NCBI RefSeq assembly: GCF_006345805.1
Contig: NW_021835921.1
Span: 1-37,241 of the forward strand
Source of the DNA: Octopus sinensis
Lineage: Eukaryota
Direction: 5' to 3'
Length of the DNA stretch: 37,241 nt
Of this stretch, positions 1-11,170 are shown in pieces. The translations under genes were made by a program, and so were the position numbers. The notes beneath the pieces are model-generated. The model ran no database searches, had not been told where the DNA came from, and saw only the letters and a list, made by a program, of their open reading frames with translations. Position 1 is the first letter of the stretch. Every line of letters starts with the position of its first letter.

Positions 1-67
1 ACGAGTATAAAGTGTTTAGTTACCTGGAAATTATTTTAAAAAACTGCCGTTCAAATCGAAAAGATCC
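1..67 (-). mobile_element. MITE family F, left arm (cut by window edge)
   Basis: Reverse complement of the F left arm, ending in the TIR aaaaactgccgttcaaatcgaaaagatcc. Confidence 0.9.
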
Positions 68-872
68 AATGCCGTTCAAAACAAACTTTATTTATACAAC
101 GAACCAAGAACGATTTTTTGTCGAAAATTGCTCCCACATGTAGTTCAATGCCTCATTAACATTTTTCAGTGAAACATTTTCATGATATAAACATATTAAA
201 GCCATAACAACCTTATTTTCCTAACCACATGCAAACTACGCGAGTGTCTTTCACCTCCATGTCATAACGTAATAACAATGGAAAAAACCAACAACAATAT
301 GTAAAACAAATAAACAAAGTTAGCTTAACTTACTTAGCTTTCCTAAGAACAAACGAAGGCCATTGATATGTTTCTACTGGTCCTATAACTTTAGCAGGAC
401 ACACATTACGGTTCTCCAGCTTTATCACTCCATCATTGCTGTCGTCTGCCATAGAAAATACACCCACTTTTTGTACGTCTGCTTTGTATTATATTTCTTG
501 CACAGACCAGCTCTACGAACTAAAACATGTATAATGTATACATACGTGTGTATATTTATATATATATATATATATATTTATTTATTATAAATAATGTAAG
601 ATATATACATATATAAATATATATACGTGTGTCTGTCTATATGTGTATATGTGTATATGTATTTATATGTGTGTGGGTATGTGGGGGGATGGTGCGTGTA
701 TGAGTGTATATTTATGTACACCCACTAAGTATTTTACTGTGATCTTGTCGGATTTGGTGTGCGATTAGGACAGGCTATATCGATAAATGAAGATACTTCT
801 CTGATTAGGAAGTTTTGAAGTTCGACGAAGAAGATGGTTGCTGTTAAACAAGATCAAAGTACAATGAGGTGC

Positions 873-944
873 CTATATGTAGATATGCGTGTCTATGTCG
901 GTGTGTATATATACATAATACATATACATATATATATTATATAT

Positions 945-978
<34 letters not shown>

Positions 979-1357
979 CATACATAGATATATACATACA
1001 TAGAATATAATACTAGATAAATACATACATAGATATATAATACATAGATATATACATACATAGATAAATACATACATAGATATATACATACATAGATATA
1101 TACATACATAGATATATACATACATACATACATATACATATATATACATATACATACATACACACACACATATACATACATACACATATATATATACATA
1201 CATACACAAACACATATACATACACCCACACACACACACATATATATACATACATACACACACATACATACACATATATATATACATACATACACACACA
1301 CATACATATATATACATACATACACACACATACATATATATACATACACACACACGC

Positions 1358-1388
<31 letters not shown>

Positions 1389-1559
1389 CATACATACACA
1401 CACACATATACATACATACATACACACACACATATATATACATACACCCACACACACACATATATATACATATATATATATACATACACATATATATATA
1501 CATACATGCACACACACATATATATATATATACATACACACACACATATATATATACAT

Positions 1560-1592
<33 letters not shown>

Positions 1593-1691
1593 CACATACA
1601 CATATATATACATACATACACACACACACATATATATATACATACACATACATATATATATACATACACACACACATATATATATATACAT

Positions 1692-1724
<33 letters not shown>

Positions 1725-1763
1725 CATACATACACACACACACATATATATACACACACACAC
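873..1763. repeat. Compound (TA)n/(CA)n/(TACA)n microsatellite
   Basis: Continuous low-complexity dinucleotide/tetranucleotide tract; the source of the MCVCIY-type ORFs. Confidence 0.97.
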
Positions 1764-1904
1764 GGATACGTTTGGTGTGGTGTGGGAATTGAAATTTTAA
1801 ATTACAAAATTTTTGTTGTTGCTTAGATCCCGGCAATGGACCACTGCATCATCGATCCGTAAAAACCTGTTAACGGGGAGAAAAAGGTTTAAAAGTATCA
1901 ATAC

Positions 1905-2072
1905 AGGCACAGGGGTAGCTGTGTGGTAAGTAGCTTCCTTACAAACCACATGGTTCCGGGTTCAGTCCCACTGCGTGGCATCTTGGACAAGTGTCTTCTG
2001 CTATACCCTGGCTGACCAATGCCTTGTGAGTGGATTTGGTAGACGGAAACTGAAAGAAGTCCGTCTTATATA

Positions 2073-2163
<91 letters not shown>

Positions 2164-2398
2164 AGGTATGGTGTGTTATATGCGTGTATGTGTGTCTGTG
2201 TTTGTCCCCCTAGCATTGCTTGACAACCGATGCTGGTGTGTTTACGTCCCCGCCACTTAGCGGTTCGGCAAAAGAAACCGATAGAATAAGTACTGGATTT
2301 ACAAAGTATAAGTCCTGGGGTCGATTTACTCAACTAAGAGGCGGTGCTCCAGCATGTCCGCAGTCAAATGACTGAAACAAGTAAAAGAGTAAAAGAGT
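1905..2398 (+). mobile_element. SINE family A, full length (tRNA-like head + (TA)n + 3' module)
   Basis: A-box-like TAGCTGTGTGG and B-box-like GGTTCAGTCCC, internal (TA)n, tail ending gaaacaagtaaaagagtaaaagag; at least 8 homologous copies in the window. Confidence 0.9.
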
Positions 2399-2563
2399 AT
2401 ATATATCAGTGACTACGAAACGAGGAAAGTACCTGGTGGTCGCAGGATGTGCTAGAAACAACTGCTAAATCTTGCTTAAATCACTCATCTTTTCGTCTGA
2501 GAATTATTTTGAAATTTTAGACAGAAATAAATTACAGATTCGAATTGTTAGTATTTTAAAACT

Positions 2564-2948
2564 GTAGAGGCGCAATGGGCCAGTGGTTAGGGCAGCGGAC
2601 TCGCGGTCGTAGGATCGCGGTTTCGATTCCCAGACCGGGCGTTGTGAGTGTTTATTGGGCGAAAACACCTAAAAGCTCCACGAAGCTCCGCAGGGGATGG
2701 TGGTGATCCCTGCTGTACTCTTTCACCACAACTTTCTCTCACTCTTACTTCCTGTTTCTGTTGTTGTACCTGTATTCAAAGGCCGGCCTTGTCACTCTCT
2801 GTGTCACGCTGAATATCCCGAGAAACTAAATTAAGGGTACACGTGTCTGTGGAGTGCTCAGCCACTTACACATTAATTTCACGAGCAGGCTGTTCCGTTG
2901 ATCGGATCAGCTAGGACCCTCATCGTCGTAACCGACGGAGTGCTCCCT
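2564..2948 (+). mobile_element. SINE family C, full length with 12-bp TSD
   Basis: tRNA-like head (A-box-like TGGGCCAGTGG, B-box-like GGTTTCGATTCC); TSD tattttaaaact at 2552-2563 and 2949-2960. Confidence 0.92.
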
Positions 2949-3054
2949 TATTTTAAAACTATGATTAATAAAATTTCGGAAAAAAATCCGGGATTTTAGG
3001 ATTTATGGTTGGGGACGGGCTAATGAAAAATTAAAAAAAAAATTTACTATTCAG

Positions 3055-3792
3055 AAGCGCAGGAGTAGCTGTGTGGTAAGTAGCTTGCTTACCATCCACA
3101 TGGTTCCGGGTTCAGTCCCACTGCGTGGCACCTTGGCAAGTGTCTTCTGCTATGACCTTAGGCCGACCAAAGCGTTGAATGGATTAGGTAGTCGGAAACT
3201 GAAAGAAGCCCGTCATATGTGTGTGTGTGTGTGTGTGTGTGTCCACCTATTACTTTACTATCCACAAGGGGCTAAACACAGAGGTGACAAACAAGGACAG
3301 ACAAACGGATTAAGTCGATTACATCGACCCCAGTGCGTAACTGGTACTTAATTTATCGACCCCGAAAGGATGAAAGGCAAAGTCGACCTCGGCAGAATTG
3401 AACTCAGAACGTAACGGCGACGAAATACCTATTTCTTATTACCCACAAGGGGCTAAAACAAGAGGGGACAAACAAGGACAGACATAGGTATTAAGTCGAT
3501 TACATCGACCCCAGTGCGTAACTGGTACTTAATTTAATCGACCCCGAAAGGATGAAAGGCAAAGTCGACCTCGGCGGATTTGAATCAGAACTAAACGTAA
3601 CGACAGACGAAATACCGCTAAGCATTTCGCCCGGCGTGCTAACGTTTCTGCCAGCTCGCCGCCTTTGTCCCCCTAGCATTGCTTGACAACCGATGCTGGT
3701 GTATTTACCTCCCCGTTACGTAGCGGTTCGGCAAAAAGAGACCGATAGAATTAGTACTACGTTTACAAAGAATAAGTCCTGAGATTGATTTG
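3055..3792 (+). mobile_element. SINE A interrupted by a SINE B dimer, 3' truncated
   Basis: Head 3055-3220 plus (TG)n; the 3' module resumes at ~3666 (tgtccccctagcattgc). Confidence 0.85.
3247..3665 (-). mobile_element. SINE family B: head plus two tandem ~184-bp body units
   Basis: Minus-strand head aaggcggcgagctggcagaaacgttagcacg; the body repeats across the junction gacgaaatac|ctatttc; B-box-like GAGTTCAATTC. Confidence 0.9.
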
Positions 3793-3977
3793 TTCTGTCC
3801 TAAGAAGCAGGCGAAAGCTTCTACGGAAGGCGCCGGATCCGTCGTGGTTGTAGCGAGCAAGCGGCCGGCCTCGCATCGAAAGCGAATCGGGTTAATATTC
3901 CCGAACCCAAACTCGGAAAGTGCCCGTCCGGCGGCGCGAACGGGGGCAACGCAAGCGAGCCCGGAGACATTGTCAAG

Positions 3978-5866
3978 ATATTGAGCAGAATAATGCTGTA
4001 AAACCCATCTTTTATACCAAGACAAAACAATGTACATGATAACACTTCCAGGTTCTTTTCGGTTTGACCGGCAGTTTTTTAAAATAATTTCCACGTAACT
4101 AAACACTTTTAAACTTCGTATACTAACTGGTAGAATGTGTTTATAAAACATCTTTTTCTCTTGGCTTTATGAGAAAATTCTATAGTTTGTAAGATATTTG
4201 GGTCTTTTCGTTTGACCGGCAGTTTTTTAAAATAATTTCCACGTAACTAAACACTTTTAAACTTCGTATACTGGTAGAATGTGTTATAACAACATTTTTT
4301 CTCTTGGCTTATTGAGAAAATTCTATGGTTTGTAAGATATTTGGGTCTTTTCCGTTTGGACCGGCAGTTTTTAAAATAATTCCACGGAACTAAACACTTT
4401 TAAACTTCGTTCTACTGGTAGAATGTGTTTTTATAAAACATCTTTTTCTCTTGGCTTTATTGGAAAAATTCTATGGTTTGTAAGATATTGGGATCTTTTC
4501 CGTTTGAACGGTAGTTTTTTAAAATAATTTCCACGTAACTAAACACTTTTAAACTTCGTATACTGGTAGAAGTGGTTATAAAACATCTGTTTCTCTTGGC
4601 TTTATTGAGAAAATTCTATGGTTTGTAAGATATTTGGGACCTTTTCCGTTTGAACGGTAGTTTTTTAAAATAATTTCCACGTAACTAACACACTTTTAAC
4701 TTCGTATACTGTAGAATGTGTTTAAAAACATCTTTTTCTCTTGGCTTTATTGAGAAAATTCTATGGTTTGTAAGATATTGGGATCTTTTCCGTTTGAACG
4801 GTAGTTTTTTAAAATAATTTCCACGTAAAACAACACTTTTAAACTTCGTATACTGGTAGAATGTGTTTATAAAACATCCGTTTCTTGGCTTTATGAGAAA
4901 ATTCTATGGTTTGTAAGATATTTGGGATCTTTTCCGTTTGAACGGTAGTTTTTTAAACATAATTTCCACGTAACTAAACATTTTTAAACTTCGTATACTG
5001 GTAGAATGTGTTTATAAAACATCTTTCTCTTGGCTTTATGAGAAAGAAAATTCTATGGTTGTAAGATATTTGGGATCTTTTCCGTTTGAACGGTAGTTTT
5101 TTAAAATAATTTCACGTAACTAAACACTTTTAACTTAGTATACTGGTTAGAATAGAATGTGTTTATAAAACATCTGTTTCTCTTGGCTTTGTATTGAGAA
5201 AATTCTATGGTTTGTAAGATATTGGGATCTTTTCCGTTTGAACGGTAGTTTTTTAAAATAATTTCCACGTACTAAAACTTTTTAAACTTCGTATACTGGT
5301 AGATAGAATGTTTATAAAACATCTTTTTCTCTTGGCTTTATTGAGAAAATTCTAGGTTTGTAAGATATTTGGATCTTTTCGTTTGAACGGTAGTTTTTTA
5401 AAATAATTTCCACGTAACTAAACACTTTTAAACTTCGTATACTGGTAGAATGTGTTTATAAAACATCTTTTTCTCTTGGCTTTATTGAGAAAATTCTATA
5501 GTTTGTAAGATATTTGTTGTTTTTTTTTTCTTCAATTTCTGCAATTTCAACCAATCACTGACGTCTATTAAGGTAAAAAAAACATTCTGTTGCGTATGAA
5601 TATGTCCCTCGTCTAAGAAACAGATTGGGTTTATTTACATTTCTGAAGAAAAAAAGATACCCTTACCCCCACCCCTAACCCTAACTAACCCTAACCCTAA
5701 AACAGATTGAAATGCAATAGATCGATACTAGGGTCATAATTATGGGTGACAATTTCATATGACACCGCAAGAAAAAACTGCCGTTGAAACCGAAAAGATC
5801 CCACTTCCATTCATTTAAGATGAGAAGCCATGAGAACCACTGCCTGGTACTGCATCAGGGCATTCA
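3978..5866. mobile_element. Family D fragment split by MITE F (3978-4050 and 5802-5866)
   Basis: Flanks join to the D sequence ...tgataacacttcca|atcagttaagatcagaagcc seen intact at 30790-30830. Confidence 0.85.
4051..5801 (+). mobile_element. MITE F with 10 tandem copies of its ~146-bp left arm; 8-bp TSD
   Basis: 29-bp TIR GGATCTTTTCGGTTTGAACGGCAGTTTTT; TSD cacttcca at 4043-4050 and 5802-5809; unit starts ~4051, 4200, 4343, 4491, 4637, 4781, 4925, 5073, 5225, 5371. Confidence 0.92.
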
Positions 5867-5900
5867 TTATTATTATTATTATTATCATTATTGTTATTAT

Positions 5901-6623
5901 TGAGAGAGAGAGCAGTGCATGCCATCAAAGTGACACTGGGGTAAAATATATGAAGCCCATTATACCCATCATGACTACCCGTCTGATAATGGTACACCAG
6001 GCACTTGCATCACAACCATATGTGCGCGACATGGTGATCTCATATCAAGATAAACAGCACATGACCTTGCAGGTGGGGCCCAGTTAGAATTTTCTTCTGG
6101 TTGAGTAACCCATCCCACTCAAAAGGTCCCTGAATAAGGGTTGTTTAAGGATGTTGAATGAAACACCCATGCTTCGAGAGGTGAATTATCCAAACCCCAA
6201 AAGAATTCCTCTCAACACATGGCTATGATGCTCCCCCACTACTTCTGCTCCTGATCAGAGATGCACATATCGTCAGCCACTAAGGGACATGCTCAACTGG
6301 TTAAGGTCAAGCAACTGACAAGCAAATCTGTGGTATTGAGCAGAATATTTGCTGTAAAACCCATCTTTTATACCAAGACAAAACAATGTACATGATAACA
6401 CTTCCAATCAGTTAAGTTCAGAAGCCATGAGAACCACTGGCTGGTACTGCATCAGGGCATTCAAACCCCAAAGAATCCCTCTCAACACATGGCTATGATG
6501 CTCCCCCACTACTTCTGCTCGTGATCAGAGATGCACTTATCGTCAGCCACTAAGGGACATGGTCAACTGGTTAAGTCATCAAACAACTGACAAGCAAATC
6601 TGTGGTATTGAGCAGAATATTGC
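5901..6623. mobile_element. Family D full copy (5901-6461) plus partial tandem copy (6462-6623)
   Basis: High identity to 30305-30861; preceded by (TTA)n; the partial copy is joined through the microhomology attc. Confidence 0.85.
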
Positions 6624-6735
6624 TCAGGGGGAAGAACTCATTTTGTTGAGATTATTTCCCTTTGTCTAAAAATCCTTTGTGTGTGTTCGTGTACATATAC
6701 AGATTCACATACGTTTGCGTGGTCATGAGATATTT

Positions 6736-7983
6736 GGTCTTTTCGGTTTGACCGGCAGTTTTTTAAAAATAATTTCCACGTAACTAAACACTTGTAAACT
6801 TCGTATACTGGTAGAATGTGTTTATAAAACATCTTTTTCTCTTGGCTTTATTGAGAAAATTCTATGGTTTGTTAGATATTTGTTGTTTTTTTCTTCAATT
6901 TCTGCAATTTCAACCAATCAATGACGTCTATTGAGGTAAAAAAACATTCTGTGCCGTATAAATATGTCCCTCATTTAAGAAACAGATTGGGTTTATTTAC
7001 ATTTCTGAAGAAAAAAAGATACCCTCCCCCACCCCTAACCCTAAAACAGATTGAAATGCAATAGATCGATACTAGGGTCATAATTACGGTTGACAATTTC
7101 ATATGACACCGCTAGAAAAAACTGCCGTTCAAACCGAAAAGATCCATTTGTCGTTTTTTTTCTTCAATTTCTGCAATTCCAACCAACCAATGACGTCTAT
7201 TGAGGTGAAAACATTCTGTGCCGTATGAATATGTCTCTCGATTAAGAAACAGATTGGGTTTATTTACATTTGAGAAGAAAAAAAGATACTCTTCCCCCCA
7301 CCCTTAACCCTAACCCTAAATAACCCTACCCCTAAAATTCTATAGTTTGTAAGATATTTGTCGTTTTTTTTTCTTCAATTTCTGCAATTTCAACCAATCA
7401 ATGACGTCTATTGAGGTAAAAAAAACCCCATTCTGTGCCGTATGAATATGTCCCTCGTTTAAGAAACAGATTGGGTTTATTTACATTTGAGAAGGAAAAG
7501 AGATACCCTTCCCCCACTCCTAACCCTAACCCTAAATAACCCTACCCCCTAAAATTCTATAGTTTGTAAGATATTTGTTGTTGTTTTTTCTTCAATTTCT
7601 GCAATTTCAACCAATCACTGACGTCTATTGAGGTAAAAAAAACATTCTGTACCGTATGAATATGTCCCTCGTTTAAGAAACAGATTGGGTTTATTTACAT
7701 TTGAGAAGGAAAAAAGATACCCTTCCCCCACCCCTAACCCTAACCCTAAATAACCCTACCCCTTAAAATTCTATAGTTTGTAAGATATTTGTTGTTGTTT
7801 TTTCTTCAATTTCTGCAATTTCAACCAATCACTGACGTCTATTGAGGTAAAAAAAACATTCTGTACCGTATGAATATGTCCCTCGTTTAAGAAACAGATT
7901 GGGTTTATTTACATTTGAGAAGGAAAAGAGATACCCTTCTGCCACTCCTAACTAACCCTAACCCTAAAACAGATTGAAATGCA
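6736..7983 (+). mobile_element. MITE F (6736-7145) followed by ~4 tandem ~210-bp copies of its internal right part
   Basis: Right TIR ends at 7145; repeated block aaaattctatagtttgtaagatatttg...ccctaaccctaaataaccctacc follows. Confidence 0.88.
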
Positions 7984-8228
7984 TGTTCTGCATAAGCTCA
8001 CACTTCAGACCTTCCCGGACACTGAAGAATAGCGTGCAGGACGGTTTCCCTATCCCGCCCGCATCTTGGACAGTCGGCAGTGGTAGGTCGACCGTGTCGT
8101 GCGAGCTTTTCCCGAACGGGTAAGGCTCCTCGGAAACAGTGCCAGGCCAGGGATTTTTGGAAATTATCCAAACACCCGACCCGAATGTCCTTCGGAACAG
8201 ACTGTCTAACTGGTTATCTCCGAGACCT

Positions 8229-9059
8229 GTGGAGGCGCAATGGCCCAGTGGTTAGGGCAGCGGAATCGCGGTCATAGGATCGCGGTTTCGATTCCCAGAC
8301 CGGGCGTTGTGAGTGTTTATTGAGCGAAAACACCTAAAAGCTCAACGAGGCTCCGGCAAGGGATGGTGGTGATCCCTGCTGTACTCTTTCACCACAACTT
8401 TCTCTCACTCTTACTTCCTGTTTCTGTTGTACCTGTATTTCAAGGGGCTGGCCTTGTCACTCTCTGTGTCACGCTGAATATCCCCGAGAACTACGTTAAG
8501 GTTACATGTGTCTGTGGAGTGCTCAGCCACTTACACGTTTATTGAGCGAAAACACCTAAAAGCTCCACGAGGCTCCGGCAGGGGATGGTGGTGATCCCTG
8601 CTGTACTCTTTCACCACAACTTTCTCTCACTCTTACTTCCTGTTTCTGTTGCACCTGTATTTCAAAGGGCCGGCCTTGTCACTCTCTGTGTCACGCTGAA
8701 TATCCCCGAGAACTACGTTAAGGGTACACGTGTCTGTGGAGTGCTCAGCCAGTTACACGTTTATTGAGCGAAAACACCTAAAAGCTCCACGAGGCTCCGG
8801 CAGGGATGGTGGTGATCCCTGCTGTACTCTTTCACCACAACTTTCTCTCACTCTTACTTCCTGTTTCTGTTGTACCTGTATTTCAAAGGGCCGGCCTTGT
8901 CACTCTCTGTGTCACGCTGAATATCCCCGAGAACTACGTTAAGGGTACACGTGTCTGTGGAGTGCTCAGCCGCTTACATCTTAATTTCACGAGCAGGCTG
9001 TTCCGTTGATTCGGATCAACCGGAACCCTCGTCGTCGTAACCGACGGAGTTTTTCCACC
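8229..9059 (+). mobile_element. SINE C with a triplicated 222-bp internal unit
   Basis: gtttattgagcgaaaacacc at 8315, 8537 and 8759 (period 222). Confidence 0.93.
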
Positions 9060-9387
9060 ACTATTAATCTTTCATCTCCGCCGACATTTATGGCTTCCGC
9101 AATCTCTTCGAGGGTTGAGACTTCTGCTTGAATTATCGTCAAGCATTACCCCTTCCAATGTTCTTTTCCACAGAGGCCTGGAGAATAGTTATTTTTTCAT
9201 CCAGGCCCATCGTTATAGCTGCCACTAAAACCTGTTGGGTACATGGTTTACGGAGTGCCGTAAAGCACTCCTACAGTTCTATCGCTCGGGTAATGCTAGC
9301 GGTGTTGGTACCACCACATTTTTCTATAGCAGGTTGGTAGAGGCTGGGAACGAAGCTACTCTAGAGGAGACCCTAGGTCTCGGAGAT

Positions 9388-9847
9388 GGTGATGGAAGCA
9401 CTCCGTCGGTTACGACGACGAGGGTTCCGGTTGATCCGAATCAACGGAACAGCCTGCTCGTGAAATTAACGTGTAAGTGGCTGAGCACTCCACAGACACG
9501 TGCACCCTTAACGTAGTTCTCGGGGATATTCAGCGTGACACAGAGAGTGACAAGGCCGGCCCCTTGAAATGGATGGAAGCACTCCGTCGGTTACGACGAT
9601 GAGGGTTCCGGTTGATCCGAATCAACGGAACAACCTGCTCGTGAAATTAACGTGTAAGTGGCTGAGCACTCCACAGACACGTGTACCCTTAACGTAGTTC
9701 TCGGGGATATTCAGCGTGACACAGAGAGTGACAAGGCCGGCCCTTTGAAATACAGGTACAACAGAAACAGGAAGTAAGAGAAAGTTGTGGTGAAAGAGTA
9801 CAGCAGGGATCACCACCAGCCCCTGTCGGAGCCTCGTGGAGCTTTTA
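9388..9847 (-). mobile_element. 5'-truncated SINE C with a duplicated ~176-bp 3' part
   Basis: Two 3' ends (ggaagcactccgtcgg at ~9394 and ~9575); truncated at ...ggagctttt. Confidence 0.9.
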
Positions 9848-9965
9848 AAAGATTAATAGTATTCATGGAAGGAAGAAAACTAAGATGCGTTAACTACGGG
9901 TTTGAAGGGTCGCGCGTACACGGCTTGTACAGGGAGTTCAATATGGCAGAGGGCTGCGGAGGTAA

Positions 9966-10192
9966 TACTCTCTTACTCTTTTACTCTTTTACTTGTTTCT
10001 GTCATTTGACTGTGGCCATGCTGGAGCACCGCCTTTAGTCGAGCAAATCGACCCCGGGACATCTTATTCTTTGTAAGCCCAGTACTTATTCTATCGGTCT
10101 CTTTTTGCCGAACCGCTAAGTGACGGGGACGTAAACACACCAGCATCGGTTGTCAAGCAATGCTAGGGGGACAAACACAGACACACAAACAT

Positions 10193-10229
<37 letters not shown>

Positions 10230-10774
10230 CATATATACGACAGGCTTCTTTCAATTTCCGTCAACCAAATCCACTCACAAGGCATTGGTCGGCCCGAGGC
10301 TATAGCAGAAGACACTTGCCCAAGGTGCCACTAAGTGGGACTGAACCCGGAACCATGTGGTTGGTAAGCAAGCTACTTACCACACAGCCACTCCTGCGCC
10401 TATATATATATATACATATATACGACAGGCTTCTTTCAGTTTCTGTCTACCAAATCCACTCACAAGGCATTGGTCGGCCCGGGGCTATAGCAGAAGACAC
10501 TTGCCCAAGATGTCACGCAGTGGGACTGAACCCGGAACCATGTGGTTAGTTAGCAAGCTACTTACCACACAGCCACTCCTGCGCCTATATATATATATAC
10601 ATATATACGACAGGCTTCTTTCAGTTTCTGCCTACCAAATCCACTCACAAGGCATTGGTCGGCCCGGGGCCATAGCAGAAGACACTTGCCCAAGATGTCG
10701 CGCAGTGGGACTGAACCCGGAACCATGTGGTTGGTTATCAAGCTACTTACCACACAGCCACTCCTGCGCCTATA

Positions 10775-10825
<51 letters not shown>

Positions 10826-10858
10826 ATATTATATATATATATATTTATATATATATAT

Positions 10859-10921
<63 letters not shown>

Positions 10922-11120
10922 ATATTATATATATATATATATATATAATATATACGACAGGCTTCTTTCAGTTTCCGTCTACCAAATCCACTCGCAAGGC
11001 ATTGGTCTGTCCGAGGCTATAGTTGAAGACACTTGCCCAAGGTGCCACGCAGTGGGACTGAACCCAGAACCATGTGTTTGGTTAGCAAGCTACTTACCAC
11101 ACAGCCACTCCTGCGCCTAT
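9966..11120 (-). mobile_element. SINE A with four tandem head modules separated by (TA)n
   Basis: acgacaggcttc at ~10237, 10422, 10607 and 10953; one 3' module at 9966-10190. Confidence 0.92.
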
Positions 11121-11170
11121 ATACCGCACAAAATTTTGTCAAAGGTCACAGTAGCTAAAGAACTTCGGAA

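Larger units (their letters stand above)
7984..9965 (+). pseudogene. Decayed ORF1/gag-like remnant 1, fragmented by two SINE C copies with the central part (9060-9387) inverted
   Basis: Re-inverting the segment gives in-frame TIIQAEVSTLEEIAEAINVGGDE|RLIVFMEGRKLRCVNYGFEG, a degenerate zinc-knuckle region resembling VILEGRPTKC of remnant 2. Confidence 0.65.

Noticed and set aside
873-1836. Long 250-300-aa ORFs (MCVCIY..., MHTHIY...)
   Set aside because: Translations of dinucleotide microsatellite; the same applies to ORFs at 19030-20578, 33130-33854 and 36488-36993.
1827-1858. 32-nt micro-exon (ttag|...|gtaaaa, DPGNGPLHHRS)
   Set aside because: Too short and the donor is weak; such matches are expected by chance.
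2564-2645. tRNA genes at SINE heads
   Set aside because: A/B boxes are present, but no credible cloverleaf or acceptor stem was found and each continues into multi-copy SINE bodies with TSDs.
8363-9009. Repeated 60-77-aa 'MVVIPAVLFHH' ORFs as a peptide gene family
   Set aside because: They are the SINE C body read in frame, with variable ends; the same holds for 'MRNWYLFNR' (SINE B) and 'MPKMPRSGTEPG' (SINE A) ORFs.
9128-9340. Plus-strand 'WVHGL' resembling 'WVCGL' of ORF1 remnant 2
   Set aside because: The TSD geometry shows this segment is inverted; the homologous frame is on the opposite strand, so the match is treated as chance.
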